A DNA stretch of 64,000 nt. It comes from Nemertoderma westbladi (lineage: Eukaryota; Animalia; Xenacoelomorpha). Location: positions 143,188 to 207,187 of the forward strand of contig JAUCBJ010000788.1 in assembly GCA_032718475.1 (NCBI GenBank), written 5' to 3'. This document shows positions 60,721 to 64,000 of this stretch, piece after piece. A program made the position numbers and the translations under genes. The notes below the pieces were generated by a model. The model made no database searches. It had not been told where the DNA came from and saw only the letters and a list, made by a program, of their open reading frames with translations. Positions within the stretch are counted from its first letter, which is position 1; each line of letters begins with the position of its first letter.

Positions 60721-62964
60721 GTTGGCAACCAATTGTTTTTCTCACCATTGGTTTTTTATGGTTTTTTTGGTTTAACCAACTTTAAAAAAAAGGCGAAAAA
60801 ATTGGTTTTTTATGGTTTTTCATAAAATTTTACAATTAACGCTGTAAATAATATAAAGCAGACTGGTAGTCGCGTTTCTTTTTCATTTTGCACTGTTACA
60901 TGTAGAATGAAAACGCTCACTTTGAGTTTTGCTCTCGTTTCTTTTTCATTTTGCACTGTTAGAATGAAAAAATTTCGAACACTTTGAGTTTTGCTCGCGT
61001 TTCTTTATCTTATCATTTTGCACTGTTCAGCTGTTAGAACTACATAGAAAGCCAGCAAGCTGGCTGGAAGGAGCCCGTGGGAAGAATTCTAGCCAAGACT
61101 ATTACAAATGAACTATGTCAGTCAGCTGTGGGGCGAGCCACGAAGTGAGAGAGCCTTAGCGTAGGGGTACCATTAATCAACCTGTCGTTCTGTCGTTCTG
61201 TCGCGTTTTTTTTCAGTATTTTATTTTAAACGTTAATAACTCGGCCAATCCTTGATGAAATCTATCCAAACTTGGTACACATGTTGTTTGGCAAAAGTTT
61301 GAAAATTTTCCAAGTAGAATTTGCGTGGGGCCTTCGTGCAGCATCAGTGTAACTGTTATTGTAGTTATAATATATTTATTTATCCAAAATTAACATGCGT
61401 TAAATTATTATTACTGTAGGATAAATCAGCTGGTTTTCTGACAAATTTTGCAAAACATAGGGGCTGTCTGCCAATCTGCATGTACCATTTGTACCGGTAC
61501 TGTCAGGCTGTGCTCAATTCCTGAATCGAGAATTCTGCAATCAGTCAATACTGCAATACAGGTCAGCCGGTACCATACACTGCAGACATGCCATATCATG
61601 TAATCTAAACATGGCCCCGGAAACCCTTGCGGTGATTATAGTTTAGGCCTAATTAGCCTAGTACCGGTAATAATAATATAATAGTTTAGATAGTTCAGTA
61701 GTTACCGCTAATCATTCAGTCATTGGCACGGTACACCGTATTGCTGTACTGCCGTTGTAGTGCGCACCGTAGGTACCACCCATGCGTAGGCTGACTGTGC
61801 TGATTATGGTTTGATTGATTGATTGTTTTTTACACATAATTAAACCTTTTAAAATTCACAATAATACATTTATAAAGATTACGTTACGATATTAGGCCTA
61901 CAGTACAAGTAATAACACTAGATATTTAGGAGCACCAATACTGATTATGTAGATAGTCAACTTATAAAATGTTTATTTACTTAAATAAAAGGTTCTGGTG
62001 TAAGGATAGCCTCATGAGGTATATACCTCGTTTCCATGAGGGTCCTATAATAATTTTCATACTCTAATATTTAAAGCTAGTCAGACTGTGGTACCTAAGC
62101 TATATACTGCTGTACTGTTAGGTATATTGCTGTATTGGGGTGGGGTTAGGAATAATCCATTTGTTTTAGCATTGAACTGTTGAATCCCCTTATTTATTAT
62201 AAAACCATTGGAAATATTCGCAAATGCCGCTCCATTACTGTCTGAAACGCTCCCGACAGTCCGATGTATCTGGACCCGAGCAGCCGAGTTGCTTCAAGAG
62301 GTGATTAACGGGGGAATACTACGGAATTGCTTGTTTGTCAGTACGATTCTATTTGGGTATTTACTACACTCAGACACTGGGAATACGGCGGTCGGTCAGA
62401 TCGTAATGCGGGCCACTGCCAAGTTCATCATGCCTCACTCCGGTCACCCACCTTGGAGTGCGGTGGGAAGAGTCCCACTTACTGACTTACGTCGACGACT
62501 GGACGAATCGACGAGGATTGCGATCTGGGTTTAGCGGCGGCCCGGATCCTGGGATCGCCTGGGGGAAATGGTTGAACGTTGGGCAGACGTTATCGCACTG
62601 GATTACGTTCTCTGTGACGCGAAAGTGTGAAGCGAATTCGTTGTCGAATTGGGTCGGAAGCTGCGGGAATTCTACTGTTCTACGGGAGTAAACCGCAGCG
62701 GTCCGGTGACTAGACTACGGACGGATACTACTGGGATAAGCAGGTATTTCGATCGAGTTTCTCGTATTCTCGATGCTCGAGGCGGATAGAGAGTTGGTTG
62801 TGTTGGGCGGTGTTGTTCAATTCTATCAAACATATTAAATAATTGGTAAAATAATAAAAACACACCAGATAAAGATACTGAGCTTATGGTAAAGAGATAG
62901 GCCGAACTTACAATTTCCAAATAGATTGTTCATATAATAAATATATTTTTGGTATTTGATTTCA

Positions 62965-63225
62965 AGATAGGGGGGGGGGGGGGGGGGGGGACTGGACGCA
63001 ATAAAAATTCATCCCTCTCCAGGGGAAATTGGACGCAAATAACAACAGCTGATTATTCTCAAAAATAAAACTGTAACCTGTTCTATTGTGTTTACTTTAT
63101 TGTTTTGGTTAAAATAACGTGCCACTGTAACCTGCTCCTTTCCCAAAATTTAGAAATTAATATTGAGGCGGGATATTAATTCGCCAAGATGGGATTTGCG
63201 TCCAGTCCCACCCCCCTCCTATCTC
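62965..63225. mobile_element. About 260-bp MITE; family has partial copies near 29170, 35580, 47080, 56010/57150 and 58250
   Basis: TIR AGATAGG..GGACTGGACGCA / TGCGTCCAGTCC..CCTATCT; shared core AAAACTGTAACC..GGTTAAAATAACGTGCCAC. Confidence 0.75.
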
Positions 63226-64000
63226 TTGATTTCACTAAAAAATAGAATACATTGCATTTTACTGTTATAATTACTGTATTGAATAAAATAATTAATTGAT
63301 TGTTTATTAAACCGTGCTAAGCACGTTGAACTGGAGCTCTAACAATTCCCCACTAGCGGCAGACAGGAACTGTAAAAGTCTCTGTAGAATTTCTAATTAA
63401 GCAATGCTCTTAGGTAACTACTACTAAATTTCAGATGAATCTGATCGTTGGTTCTATAATTACAGCTATTTTTACGTTTCTGTTAATTCGCCCCCTAGCG
63501 GCAGACCGGGGAACTGTAGAAGTCTGTCTGTGTGTAGAATTTCTAAATTTTTTTAAGACTACAAGTGTACCAAGTTTGGTTCCATTTCATCCATGATTGA
63601 CCGACTTATTAGCGTTCAAACATTCCTGCCACGAATAAAAGCTGCAGGAACTCGAGCGATAATTAATTTATTTATTATTAAATACTGTTTCAATTAAATT
63701 CTTTACGAAAATCTAGTCATCTTCTTTTAAATATGGACCCTGCATTCATGGAAAATATAATATTTGATAATTCATCAGTCACCAGTCAGCCTACGCTAAT
63801 TTCACAGCAAAGTCCTTGTCATGGCCTGTGTGTAGTAGGCCATGGTACCACCCTACTACCGGTACCGGCTGACCGGTGGCAACTAGCACTTGCACAGCAA
63901 CAGCCCTACCGGCGATACACAGGTTGAAATTTATGTAGAGTTTGTTCGCGCTTTCAGACCTTTGGCAGTTTAACCCGCCAAATTAGAATGTCTTCTAGAT

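Overview
AT-rich, repeat-dense animal DNA, probably from a marine invertebrate (inferred from the Deu/Nin-type SINE, deiodinase and calaxin). Bases 1-13635 are a nearly complete minus-strand BEL/Pao LTR retrotransposon inserted into an older, decayed plus-strand BEL/Pao element, which also carries a TA-flanked MITE and an RT-less LINE. The young element is the most unusual object. Its LTRs hold an array of kink-turn/UUCG-type hairpins. It has small ORFs upstream of gag and a gag-pol junction set up for -1 frameshifting. Three hairpins with visible compensatory changes follow pol. In the env position lies a disrupted ORF of about 865 codons with a DEDD-type 3'-5' exonuclease and CCHC zinc knuckles. 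Host genes reconstructed by hand: a 3-exon selenoprotein iodothyronine deiodinase (in-frame TGA plus SECIS), an intronless calaxin/EFCAB1, a 2-exon secreted three-finger-like peptide, and a 2-exon class A GPCR with a GG splice donor. The rest is MITEs, SINEs, CRE and RTE fragments, two very long (GAC)/(GACCAC) tracts, and an abutting inverted plus direct duplication that could be a rearrangement or an assembly artefact. All calls are by eye; no searches or folding programs were run.
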